Below, in pieces: positions 33,550 through 40,973 of a DNA stretch of 40,973 bases. Each line of letters starts with the position of its first letter. Positions within the stretch are counted from its first letter, which is position 1. Both the position numbers and the translations under genes were made by a program. The DNA is from a bacterium. GTDB taxonomy: Bacteria; Bacillota; Clostridia; Christensenellales; CAG-917. The stretch lies in NCBI GenBank assembly GCA_963656415.1, contig CAVKIG010000002.1, forward strand, positions 1-40,973, read 5' to 3'. The notes under the pieces were generated by a model that worked only from the letters and a program-made list of their open reading frames with translations, did no database searches and had not been told where the DNA came from.

Positions 33550-34845
33550 TTAGGTTGATTTCGATTGATGAAAAGGTCTGAAATCGTCTTCTTCGTGCAG
33601 GTTGCCCGTAAGGTCGTTTTTTAGAAGCAGTCCGCGTTGCACAGATTTGTAGCCGTACTTTTTTCGTATTTCGTCAATCGTACCTTCGAGTTTTTCTTTT
33701 TTTCCGTCGGGTTCGTCAAAAAGACTTATTTGCACTTCGTTTTTGTCGGACAGTCTTATAGCACCTACGGTTATTGCGCGAAGCGGTTCGCTGAAATTGT
33801 GAATTTTGCAAAGCAAGTTGAATGCTGCTTTTGCGATATCACTCGAATTTGCGCTTGCGGGTGACAGCGGAATTTGCTTTGACGTCCAGTTGAGCGCAGG
33901 ATTTTTGATCGACAGATACACGCCGTTTGCCACGAGACCGTATCCGCGCAGTTGTACCGCCACCATTTCGGATAGTGCGTAGATGACGATTTTTGCTTCG
34001 TCTGCCGTCTGTATGTTTCTCGGAGTGGTAGTTCCTTTTGAAATGCTCTTTGGGATACGCACGTCATAGTAGAGTTTAACTTCTTCGGTTTCCACACCTT
34101 GCGCGGCGTTGACGAGAGCGTCTCCGATGACTCCGAATTGATAGCGTAGAGCGGTTCTGTCCGCATTTGCAAGGTCGCGAATCGTTCGAATGTTGAGTTT
34201 TTCTAGCTTTTCTGCGGTGTGGCGACCTATCATTATCATCTCGCTCGGAGACATATCGCCGATGATTTGCATATAATGCTCTTCGTCAAGAACGGTCGTT
34301 GCGTCGGGCTTTTTAAGGTCGCTGCCGAGTTTCGCGAGAGTTTTTGAGAAAGATACGCCGACGGATATGGTGAGTCCTGTCTTTTCTTTTACGGTCTGTC
34401 TAATGGTGTCTGCTATCGTTTTTCCGTCTCCGAACAGTTTTTCGCTGCCCGTGACGTCCAACCAGCACTCGTCTATGCCGAAACTTTCCACTCTGTCGGT
34501 AAAGGACGTGTAGATTTCAAAAACTTGTTTGGAATATTTGACATATTCGTCGAAATGCGGCTTGACAAGCACGAGTTCGGGACATTTTTGCTTGGCTTCC
34601 CAAATGGTTTCGGCGGTCTTTACGCCGGCTTTTTTTGCGATTTGATTTTTGGCAAGAACTATGCCGTGTCTTGCTTTCGGATCTCCGCAAACGGCAAGCG
34701 GCATCCCGTCGTATTCGGGATGCAGTTTTTGTTCCACCGATGCGTAGAAATTATTAAGGTCGCAATGCAAAATTGTTCTTCCCACGATTTGATTATATAC
34801 GATTTTGTCTTGCAAAACAAGCGGTTCTAGTTTATAATATGTCAT
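33550..34845 (-). CDS. dinB: Y-family DNA polymerase IV
   Basis: Has ILHCDLNNFYASVE, the catalytic SIDECWLD-like segment FGIDECWLDVTG, and a little-finger region. No SD is visible at ATG 34845; an internal GTG (MGRTILHCD) is an alternative start. Confidence 0.88.
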   Translation of the reverse strand: MTYYKLEPLVLQDKIVYNQIVGRTILHCDLNNFYASVEQKLHPEYDGMPLAVCGDPKARHGIVLAKNQIAKKAGVKTAETIWEAKQKCPELVLVKPHFDEYVKYSKQVFEIYTSFTDRVESFGIDECWLDVTGSEKLFGDGKTIADTIRQTVKEKTGLTISVGVSFSKTLAKLGSDLKKPDATTVLDEEHYMQIIGDMSPSEMIMIGRHTAEKLEKLNIRTIRDLANADRTALRYQFGVIGDALVNAAQGVETEEVKLYYDVRIPKSISKGTTTPRNIQTADEAKIVIYALSEMVAVQLRGYGLVANGVYLSIKNPALNWTSKQIPLSPASANSSDIAKAAFNLLCKIHNFSEPLRAITVGAIRLSDKNEVQISLFDEPDGKKEKLEGTIDEIRKKYGYKSVQRGLLLKNDLTGNLHEEDDFRPFHQSKST

Positions 34846-34904
34846 AGAATTTTAATATCCGCGCAAATGCGTATCGTTATGCGCTTGCGCACAAGGAGTA
34901 CAAT

Positions 34905-35891
34905 ATGATTTTGGTCACGGGCGGAGCCGGCTATATCGGCTCGCATTGCGTAAGAGAACTCAAAGAGCGTAATATGGACGTTGTGGTGTACGACAATCTT
35001 TCCACAGGTCATATCGAATCCGTTCCGTCGGACGTTCCGTTTGTCAAGGGCGACATCTTTGATGTCGAACTTCTCAAAAACACTTTTGAAAAATACGGTG
35101 TGGATTCAGTCATTCACTTTGCGGCGTTCTCGCTTGTCGGAGAGAGTATGTCCAACCCTGCGAAGTATTATCACAACAACGTCGCAGGCACGCTCGCCCT
35201 TCTTGACGCGATGATTGCAAGAGACGTAAAATATCTCGTTTTCTCGTCGTCGGCGGCAACGTACGGAGACTGCGGAGACGGTCTCATCACAGAAGACAGC
35301 CCCCAACATCCCACCAGCGTTTACGGACAGACCAAACTTATGATGGAGCAGTTCATGCAGGACTACGACAAGGCGTACGGTCTCAAATACGTCGCGCTTC
35401 GTTATTTCAATGCGGCAGGCGCACACAAGAGCGGTGAAATCGGTGAAGCGCACAATCCCGAATCGCACCTTATTCCGATAATTTTGCAGGTTGCAAACGG
35501 CACGAGAGACCACATCGGAATCTTCGGAGAAGATTATCCCACGCCCGACGGCACTTGCGTGAGAGACTACATTCACATAACCGACCTTGCCGACGCACAC
35601 ATCCGCGCGCTCGCATATCTCAAAGCGGGCGGAAAATCGACGCACTACAATCTCGGCAACGGCAACGGCTTTTCCGTCAAACAAGTCATTGATATGACGG
35701 AAAAAGTCACGGGACTTCCCATCAAACGCACGATAGAAGGACGTCGTCCCGGCGACCCGGCAACGCTTGTCGCTTCCAGTGAAAAAATCAAGCGCGAACT
35801 CGGTTGGAAGCCGCAATACGACAGCCTTGAAAGCATCATTTCGTCCGCATGGAAGTGGCATTCCACTCATCCGCACGGATTTGAGAAATAA
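34905..35891 (+). CDS. galE: UDP-glucose 4-epimerase
   Basis: MILVTGGAGYIGSH Rossmann motif and YGQTK catalytic motif. AAGGAG SD. Confidence 0.93.
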   Translation: MILVTGGAGYIGSHCVRELKERNMDVVVYDNLSTGHIESVPSDVPFVKGDIFDVELLKNTFEKYGVDSVIHFAAFSLVGESMSNPAKYYHNNVAGTLALLDAMIARDVKYLVFSSSAATYGDCGDGLITEDSPQHPTSVYGQTKLMMEQFMQDYDKAYGLKYVALRYFNAAGAHKSGEIGEAHNPESHLIPIILQVANGTRDHIGIFGEDYPTPDGTCVRDYIHITDLADAHIRALAYLKAGGKSTHYNLGNGNGFSVKQVIDMTEKVTGLPIKRTIEGRRPGDPATLVASSEKIKRELGWKPQYDSLESIISSAWKWHSTHPHGFEK

Positions 35892-35974
35892 TTTGTCTTA
35901 AACGCATTATCGCACAGTATAAGCGATGTTTTCGTCGCATAAGGTATAAAAAACGACCGTAGGGGGACACGCGT

Positions 35975-36838
35975 ATGTCAGTGAAGAAAGCGATCATTCC
36001 TTGCGCCGGCTTCGGCACGAGATTTTTGCCCGTGACGAAAGTTTTGCCAAAGGAACTTTTGCCTATCGTGGACACGCCCGCTTTGTCGTATATCGTTGAC
36101 GAAGCGGTGGCAAGCGGCATAGAAGAAATCGTCATCGTCATATCTCCGCAAAAGGAAGATATAAGGCGTTTGTTCGAGCCCAACGTTGCGCTCAACGCAA
36201 GACTAGAAGAGGTTGACGACAAAGAGTCGTATTTGCTTGCCAACAAGTCTATAAATGCAAAAATATCGTTTGTCACCCAAGAGACGATGAACGGCAACGG
36301 CAACGCCATTTTGCTTTGCAAAGAATTTGCAAACGGCGAGCCTGTCGCGGTGCTTTTCGGCGACGACGTCATGTATTCGGGAAGCGCGACGCCCGTCACG
36401 AAACAACTTATCGACGCTTATGAAAAGACGGGCGGAACGATAGTGGGGTGTCAGCAAACGCCCGAAGACGTGGCAAGACGTTGCGGAGTGATGATTGTCG
36501 ACAAGCCCGTTTCGGACAAGATAACCAAAATCAAGGGCATAATCGAAAAACCGCAGGGTGAAATTCCGAGCAAACTCGTGTCTCTCGGAAGATTTATTCT
36601 TTCTCCCGACATATTCGACGCAATAGAAAAAACGCCCGAAACGAAAGGCGAAGTGTATCTCACCGAAGCCATAAATTTGCTTGCGGAGACGAAGGGCGTA
36701 TACGCTTGCGAGTTCGAAGCGAGAAGATACGATATAGGCAACAAAGAAGGTTATCTCGAAGCCACGATAGAGTACGCACTAAGAGACGAAAATCTCAAAA
36801 AGAATTTCAAAAAATACATCGAAAGCATAAAGGCGTAA
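35975..36838 (+). CDS. galU: UTP--glucose-1-phosphate uridylyltransferase
   Basis: KAIIPCAGFGTRFLPVTKVLPKELLPIVD signature. Confidence 0.93.
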   Translation: MSVKKAIIPCAGFGTRFLPVTKVLPKELLPIVDTPALSYIVDEAVASGIEEIVIVISPQKEDIRRLFEPNVALNARLEEVDDKESYLLANKSINAKISFVTQETMNGNGNAILLCKEFANGEPVAVLFGDDVMYSGSATPVTKQLIDAYEKTGGTIVGCQQTPEDVARRCGVMIVDKPVSDKITKIKGIIEKPQGEIPSKLVSLGRFILSPDIFDAIEKTPETKGEVYLTEAINLLAETKGVYACEFEARRYDIGNKEGYLEATIEYALRDENLKKNFKKYIESIKA

Positions 36839-36932
36839 AACGCAATTGCTTTCAAAACGAAACATTGTTTGTCGTATCTGCGTTTTCGGTGATTGAAAAC
36901 GTAGATATGCGACTATAAACGAGCAACGAAAA

Positions 36933-38381
36933 ATGCAAAAGACGTGTGATATATGCAGACGCAGGGCGGCGGAAATGTTCGACCGCGTGACAGAAAACGG
37001 AAGAACCGTCGAGTACGCTTATTGTCGAGCGTGCTACACGTCGTTGCTCAAAGACGGCAAAACTCCGAGCGAAGAAGCGAAAAAACGCATTGCGAGAATA
37101 GGCAAAGAATGCGACGTATGCGGATACACGCAGGAAGAATTCAAAAAAACGTTTCTTTTCGGCTGTCCCGAGTGTTATACGCAAATGCGGAATATAGCCG
37201 TTGAAAGCGCATTGAAATCGCAGGGAATGACGTATGCGGATTTGAAAAATCCGAGACGGGATTGTTTCGGACGCGGAATGGATATGCAAAGCACGCTTTT
37301 TGCGCAAAGACGAGAATACAATCGCGATTGCGAAGAAAAACAAATTCTCAAAAGCGCAAACGAATGCACGTTGCTCGAACTTGTCGAAAACAACGTCGTT
37401 TCCTCTCGCATACGACTTGCCAGAAACGTGCGCGGACTCGAGTTTCCGCGCAATCGCAAATCGGTTGACGAAAGAGACGTAAATCTCATCAACGGCGCGT
37501 ACGCGGCGGCGCAAGGGTTGTTCAACGCAAGGCTTTTGCCTATGCGAAAACTCGGGAAAGATCAGAAAAAAGCATTGATAGAACGCCACTTTATCTCGCT
37601 TGCGCTCGCAAACAACGACGTCGGCGCGGTCATCGTCGAAGGAGACAAAAAGTACGGCGGCGTGTCCGTTATGGTCAACGAAGAAGACCATATAAGAGAG
37701 CAATGCGTCGTTGACGGCTTCGACCTTCACGGTGCGTACGGAAAGTTGAAAGAGTACGACGACAGACTGCTCGACACGTTGCCTATCGCATACGACGACG
37801 AACTCGGCTTTCTCACGGCGTGCCCGACAAATCTCGGCACGGGGATGCGCGCTTCGGTTATGTTGTTTTTGCCTGCGCTCAAAAGAGCGGGCGCAATCGA
37901 AGACGCACTCAAAACGTTCAAGAGCGAATTCGGTCTGACCGTGCGCGGCGTTTTCGGCGAAGGCAGCGACGCAATGTACGATATGTATCAAATATCCAAT
38001 TCAAGAACGCTCGGCGTGACGGAAGAAGAGATAATAGAGCAGGTGGAGCAGGCGGCAGTGAGAATGTGCTATCTCGAAAGAGTCGCGCTCGAAAAACTTG
38101 CAAAAGAGCAACAAACGTCGCTTTTGGACGGCATATCCAAGAGTTATGCGGTGTTGAAAGGCGCGTACGCGCTGTCCGCACAGGATTTGATGAAGTTGCT
38201 CGTCGACGTCAAAATGGGCGTCATACTGGGCGTTTTGCCCATAAAATCAACTCAAAAACTTGACGAGACGATATGGTCTTGCACGTCGTCCGCACTGAAA
38301 ATAATTGCGGGCGAGTCGAGCGAAGAGCGCGACAAATTGCGTGCCCGTATCGTCAGAGACATACTTTCGGAGACAAAATGA
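36933..38381 (+). CDS. mcsB: Fusion of McsA-like zinc-finger module and McsB protein arginine kinase
   Basis: The N-terminal ~135 aa carry CDIC..CRAC and CDVCGYTQEEFKKTFLFGCPECY (McsA-type). The rest has McsB motifs SSRIRLARNV, NEEDHIR and CPTNLGTGMRASV. It is a single uninterrupted ORF. Confidence 0.88.
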   Translation: MQKTCDICRRRAAEMFDRVTENGRTVEYAYCRACYTSLLKDGKTPSEEAKKRIARIGKECDVCGYTQEEFKKTFLFGCPECYTQMRNIAVESALKSQGMTYADLKNPRRDCFGRGMDMQSTLFAQRREYNRDCEEKQILKSANECTLLELVENNVVSSRIRLARNVRGLEFPRNRKSVDERDVNLINGAYAAAQGLFNARLLPMRKLGKDQKKALIERHFISLALANNDVGAVIVEGDKKYGGVSVMVNEEDHIREQCVVDGFDLHGAYGKLKEYDDRLLDTLPIAYDDELGFLTACPTNLGTGMRASVMLFLPALKRAGAIEDALKTFKSEFGLTVRGVFGEGSDAMYDMYQISNSRTLGVTEEEIIEQVEQAAVRMCYLERVALEKLAKEQQTSLLDGISKSYAVLKGAYALSAQDLMKLLVDVKMGVILGVLPIKSTQKLDETIWSCTSSALKIIAGESSEERDKLRARIVRDILSETK

Positions 38382-40915
38382 TAACTTACTCGCACAACGC
38401 ACAACAGGTTATGGAAATCGCGCAGGAACTTGCCGCTCGCACGGGCGGTCTCGTTTGCACGGAGCATTTGCTTTACGGATTGCTTGCGTCCGACGGCTCG
38501 AGCGCGCAAAGATTGCTCAATCAATGCGGAATATACGAAGGAGACGTGATTTCCGTATTTCAACCTATGCCTATGCGCAACAACGTGCAGATGTCGTCAA
38601 GAGCGAACAACGCTTTTGCGGGAGCAAAAGAAATTGCGCTTCGACTCGGCTCGCCTGCGGTTGGCACGGAACATATTTTGTACACGCTTCTTGACGAAAC
38701 GAGTTCGGTTGCGGTGCAACTCATACGCTCGTTCGGAATAGACCCCGAAAGCCTTCAAAGGCTTGCGTACGGTGCGATAGTGTCAGGCGGCGGCGCGCAA
38801 CCCAGTATGTGCGGAGTGGGCACAAAAGAAAGCGTAAACGACGCGCTTGCAGGTTACGTCAGTGATTTTTACGGAGACGGCGGACAAGTCGGAAAAAGCA
38901 AAAACAGTGAATTAGATACCGCTTTTTCTCAAAATTTCAGTCGCAATCCCGAAGAAAAGAGCGCAGACTTCGATTTGTCTAAATACGGCACGGATTTGAC
39001 GCAGAAAGCGCGCGACGGAAAACTCGATCCCGTCATCGGCAGGGGGAAAGAGACGGAGCGCGTGATACAGGTGCTTTGCAGACGCACGAAAAACAATCCC
39101 GTTCTCATCGGTGAACCTGGCGTTGGCAAAAGTGCGGTTGTGGACGGACTTGCGCAAGCAATCGTAAAAGGCGACGTTCCCGACGCTTTGCGCGGAAAAA
39201 CGGTTTTTTCGCTCGACCTTACGTCGCTCGTTGCAGGCACTAGATACCGCGGAGACTTCGAAGAAAGACTCAAAGCGACTCTTTCGGGCATAAAACAAAG
39301 GGGCAACGTGCTTCTTTTCATCGACGAGATACACACCATTCTCAAAGCGGGTTCGTCGGAAGGCGGACTCGATATAGCCAACGTGCTCAAGCCTATGCTC
39401 GCAAGGGGCGAGTTGCAGACGATAGGCGCGACCACTCTTGAAGAATATCGCAAGCAATTTGAGCAAGATAGTGCGTTAGAACGCCGTTTTCAACCCGTTT
39501 TAGTGGAAGAGCCGAGCGTGAGCGACACGATAGAAATCTTGCAGGGACTGAAAGAGAAATACGAAAAACATCACGGCGTAATCATCACCGACGAAGCAAT
39601 TTCGTCGGCGGCGATACTCTCCGACAGATACGTTGCGGACAGGTTTTTGCCGGACAAGGCGATTGACCTTATAGACGAAGCGGCGTCGAGAAAGAAGATT
39701 TTCAATTTCACCACGCCTAGCGAAATCAGAGACCTTGACGAGAAGATAAAACAAGCGGATTTGGATCTTTTCGAAGCAAAAAGAAGAGACAATTTCGAAC
39801 TGTGCGCAAAGTATAAGGCACTTCGCGACGACTACATCGAAAAACGCGAAAAAGCGGAAATCGAATGGAAGGAAAAATGCGCAAACGTATCCCTTTCGAT
39901 AGGCGAAGACGAGATTGCGGAAGTCGTCGGCAACTGGACGGGTATTCCCGTCAAAAAAATCACGCAGGGCGAAAGCGAAAAACTTGCGGGACTCGAAGAT
40001 ATTCTCAAATCGAGAGTTATCGGACAGGACGACGCTTGCAGTGCGGTGGCAAGAGCGGTGAAGCGTGCAAGAGCGGGGTTGAAAGACCCGAAACGCCCGA
40101 TAGGTTCGTTTATATTCCTTGGCCCGACGGGCGTTGGAAAGACGGAACTTGCGAAGGCTCTTGCAGGCGCGTTGTTCGGCGACGAAGACCTTCTTGTGCG
40201 CATAGACATGAGCGAGTATATGGAAAAGGACAGCGTGTCGAGACTCATCGGTTCTGCGCCGGGACTCGTTGGCTTCGAAGAAGGCGGACAACTCACCGAA
40301 AAAGTGCGCAGAAAGCCTTATTCCGTCGTGCTTTTCGATGAAATCGAAAAAGGACATCCCGACATATTCAATCTCCTTTTGCAAATTCTTGAAGACGGCA
40401 TACTCACAGACAGTCACGGACGCACGGTAAGTTTCAAAAACACCGTCGTCATTCTCACTTCCAACATCGGCGCAAAAGAAGCGGCAACTCCGCATCACAC
40501 GCTCGGTTTTACGTCTGCGGCTCAGAAAGAGAACGACTTCGAGCGTGCAAAAGAGAGCCACGTTCAAGCGTTGAAACAGGTTATGAAACCCGAGATAGTC
40601 AACCGTATAGACGAAATTGTGGTTTTCAAAAAACTGGACAAAGAAAGTCTCGTGAAGATTGCGAACCTTATGCTTGCGTCCCTTGTCAAACGCCTTGCGG
40701 AGCGCGGAGTTACGACGGAGTTTTCAAGAGAAGCGAAAGATTATATCGTCACGGTGGGATACGATCCAGAATACGGCGCAAGACCGTTGAGAAGAACGAT
40801 TCAACGCCTTGTCGAAGACGTCCTGAGCGAAAAAATTATACGCGGAGAAATTGGTTCGTCCGACAAAGTGAAGATAGGGTTTGACGGCGAAAAACTTACG
40901 TTCGAGAAAGCGTAA
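38378..40915 (+). CDS. clpC: ATP-dependent Clp protease ATP-binding subunit ClpC
   Basis: Has Clp_N repeats and two AAA+ modules (GEPGVGKSA, GPTGVGKTE). The ATG 38378 overlaps the mcsB stop (ATGA). The track ORF start at 38273 is upstream read-through. Confidence 0.95.
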   Translation: MITYSHNAQQVMEIAQELAARTGGLVCTEHLLYGLLASDGSSAQRLLNQCGIYEGDVISVFQPMPMRNNVQMSSRANNAFAGAKEIALRLGSPAVGTEHILYTLLDETSSVAVQLIRSFGIDPESLQRLAYGAIVSGGGAQPSMCGVGTKESVNDALAGYVSDFYGDGGQVGKSKNSELDTAFSQNFSRNPEEKSADFDLSKYGTDLTQKARDGKLDPVIGRGKETERVIQVLCRRTKNNPVLIGEPGVGKSAVVDGLAQAIVKGDVPDALRGKTVFSLDLTSLVAGTRYRGDFEERLKATLSGIKQRGNVLLFIDEIHTILKAGSSEGGLDIANVLKPMLARGELQTIGATTLEEYRKQFEQDSALERRFQPVLVEEPSVSDTIEILQGLKEKYEKHHGVIITDEAISSAAILSDRYVADRFLPDKAIDLIDEAASRKKIFNFTTPSEIRDLDEKIKQADLDLFEAKRRDNFELCAKYKALRDDYIEKREKAEIEWKEKCANVSLSIGEDEIAEVVGNWTGIPVKKITQGESEKLAGLEDILKSRVIGQDDACSAVARAVKRARAGLKDPKRPIGSFIFLGPTGVGKTELAKALAGALFGDEDLLVRIDMSEYMEKDSVSRLIGSAPGLVGFEEGGQLTEKVRRKPYSVVLFDEIEKGHPDIFNLLLQILEDGILTDSHGRTVSFKNTVVILTSNIGAKEAATPHHTLGFTSAAQKENDFERAKESHVQALKQVMKPEIVNRIDEIVVFKKLDKESLVKIANLMLASLVKRLAERGVTTEFSREAKDYIVTVGYDPEYGARPLRRTIQRLVEDVLSEKIIRGEIGSSDKVKIGFDGEKLTFEKA

Positions 40916-40973
40916 CGCAAGCGACCGACGATAAAAATCGCAATTCGTTTTTGTTTCGTTGATGCGTGAGAAG

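Noticed and set aside
36839-36932. CtsR operator upstream of mcsAB-clpC
   Set aside because: I searched by eye for the GGTCAAA-N3-GGTCAAA direct repeat and its complement and found none.
36852-37991. 379-aa ORF on the minus strand
   Set aside because: It is antisense to the mcsA-mcsB gene, whose motifs are unambiguous. The translation is Arg/Phe-rich with no motif. The same reasoning applies to the antisense ORFs 1797-2915, 12474-13595, 8960-9793 and 39500-40567.

Overview
This 40,973-bp chromosomal segment reads like a Bacillota (Clostridia-type) anaerobe. The indicators are an L21-Prp-L27 operon, McsB/ClpC, lipobox lipoproteins and strong GGAGG-type ribosome binding sites. Gene content, left to right: (1) a trimeric HydC-HydB-HydA [FeFe]-hydrogenase operon of the NuoE/NuoF-linked, electron-bifurcating type; (2) a small membrane protein and a GPH-family sugar:cation symporter; (3) rplU-prp-rpmA; (4) an Ogg-type DNA glycosylase and a NYN/LabA-like protein; (5) marR plus a heterodimeric ABC exporter with one degenerate ATP site; (6) a small poorly characterised islet at 14.6-17.6 kb, holding a lipoprotein, a Cys/Asp-rich mini-protein, a membrane-tethered XRE regulator, a membrane-anchored unknown protein and about 400 nt of non-coding sequence; (7) an 11.5-kb alpha-glucan/maltodextrin locus with a surface lipoprotein carrying four CBM-like repeats, a LacI-family regulator, a GH13 neopullulanase-type enzyme, MalEFG-like transporter parts, an oversized MalK/MsmK-type ATPase and MalQ; (8) a minus-strand cluster of five tRNAs with a duplicated tRNA-His 3' end; (9) yfcE-like, rdgB and Na/Pi-cotransporter genes; (10) dinB; (11) galE and galU; (12) a fused mcsA-mcsB gene followed by clpC. 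I saw no rRNA, CRISPR array, transposase, integrase or recognisable defence system, and I found no clear-cut novel multi-gene system. The most unusual items are: several families of hairpin-forming intergenic repeats; the tRNA-His duplication enclosing a GC-rich 168-nt insert; the McsA-McsB fusion; a MalK-type ATPase with three tandem regulatory modules; a Ser at the second Cys position of the HydA L1 motif; and the XRE-centred islet with repeated palindromes. All calls come from reading the sequence and ORF translations by eye. No database search was possible.
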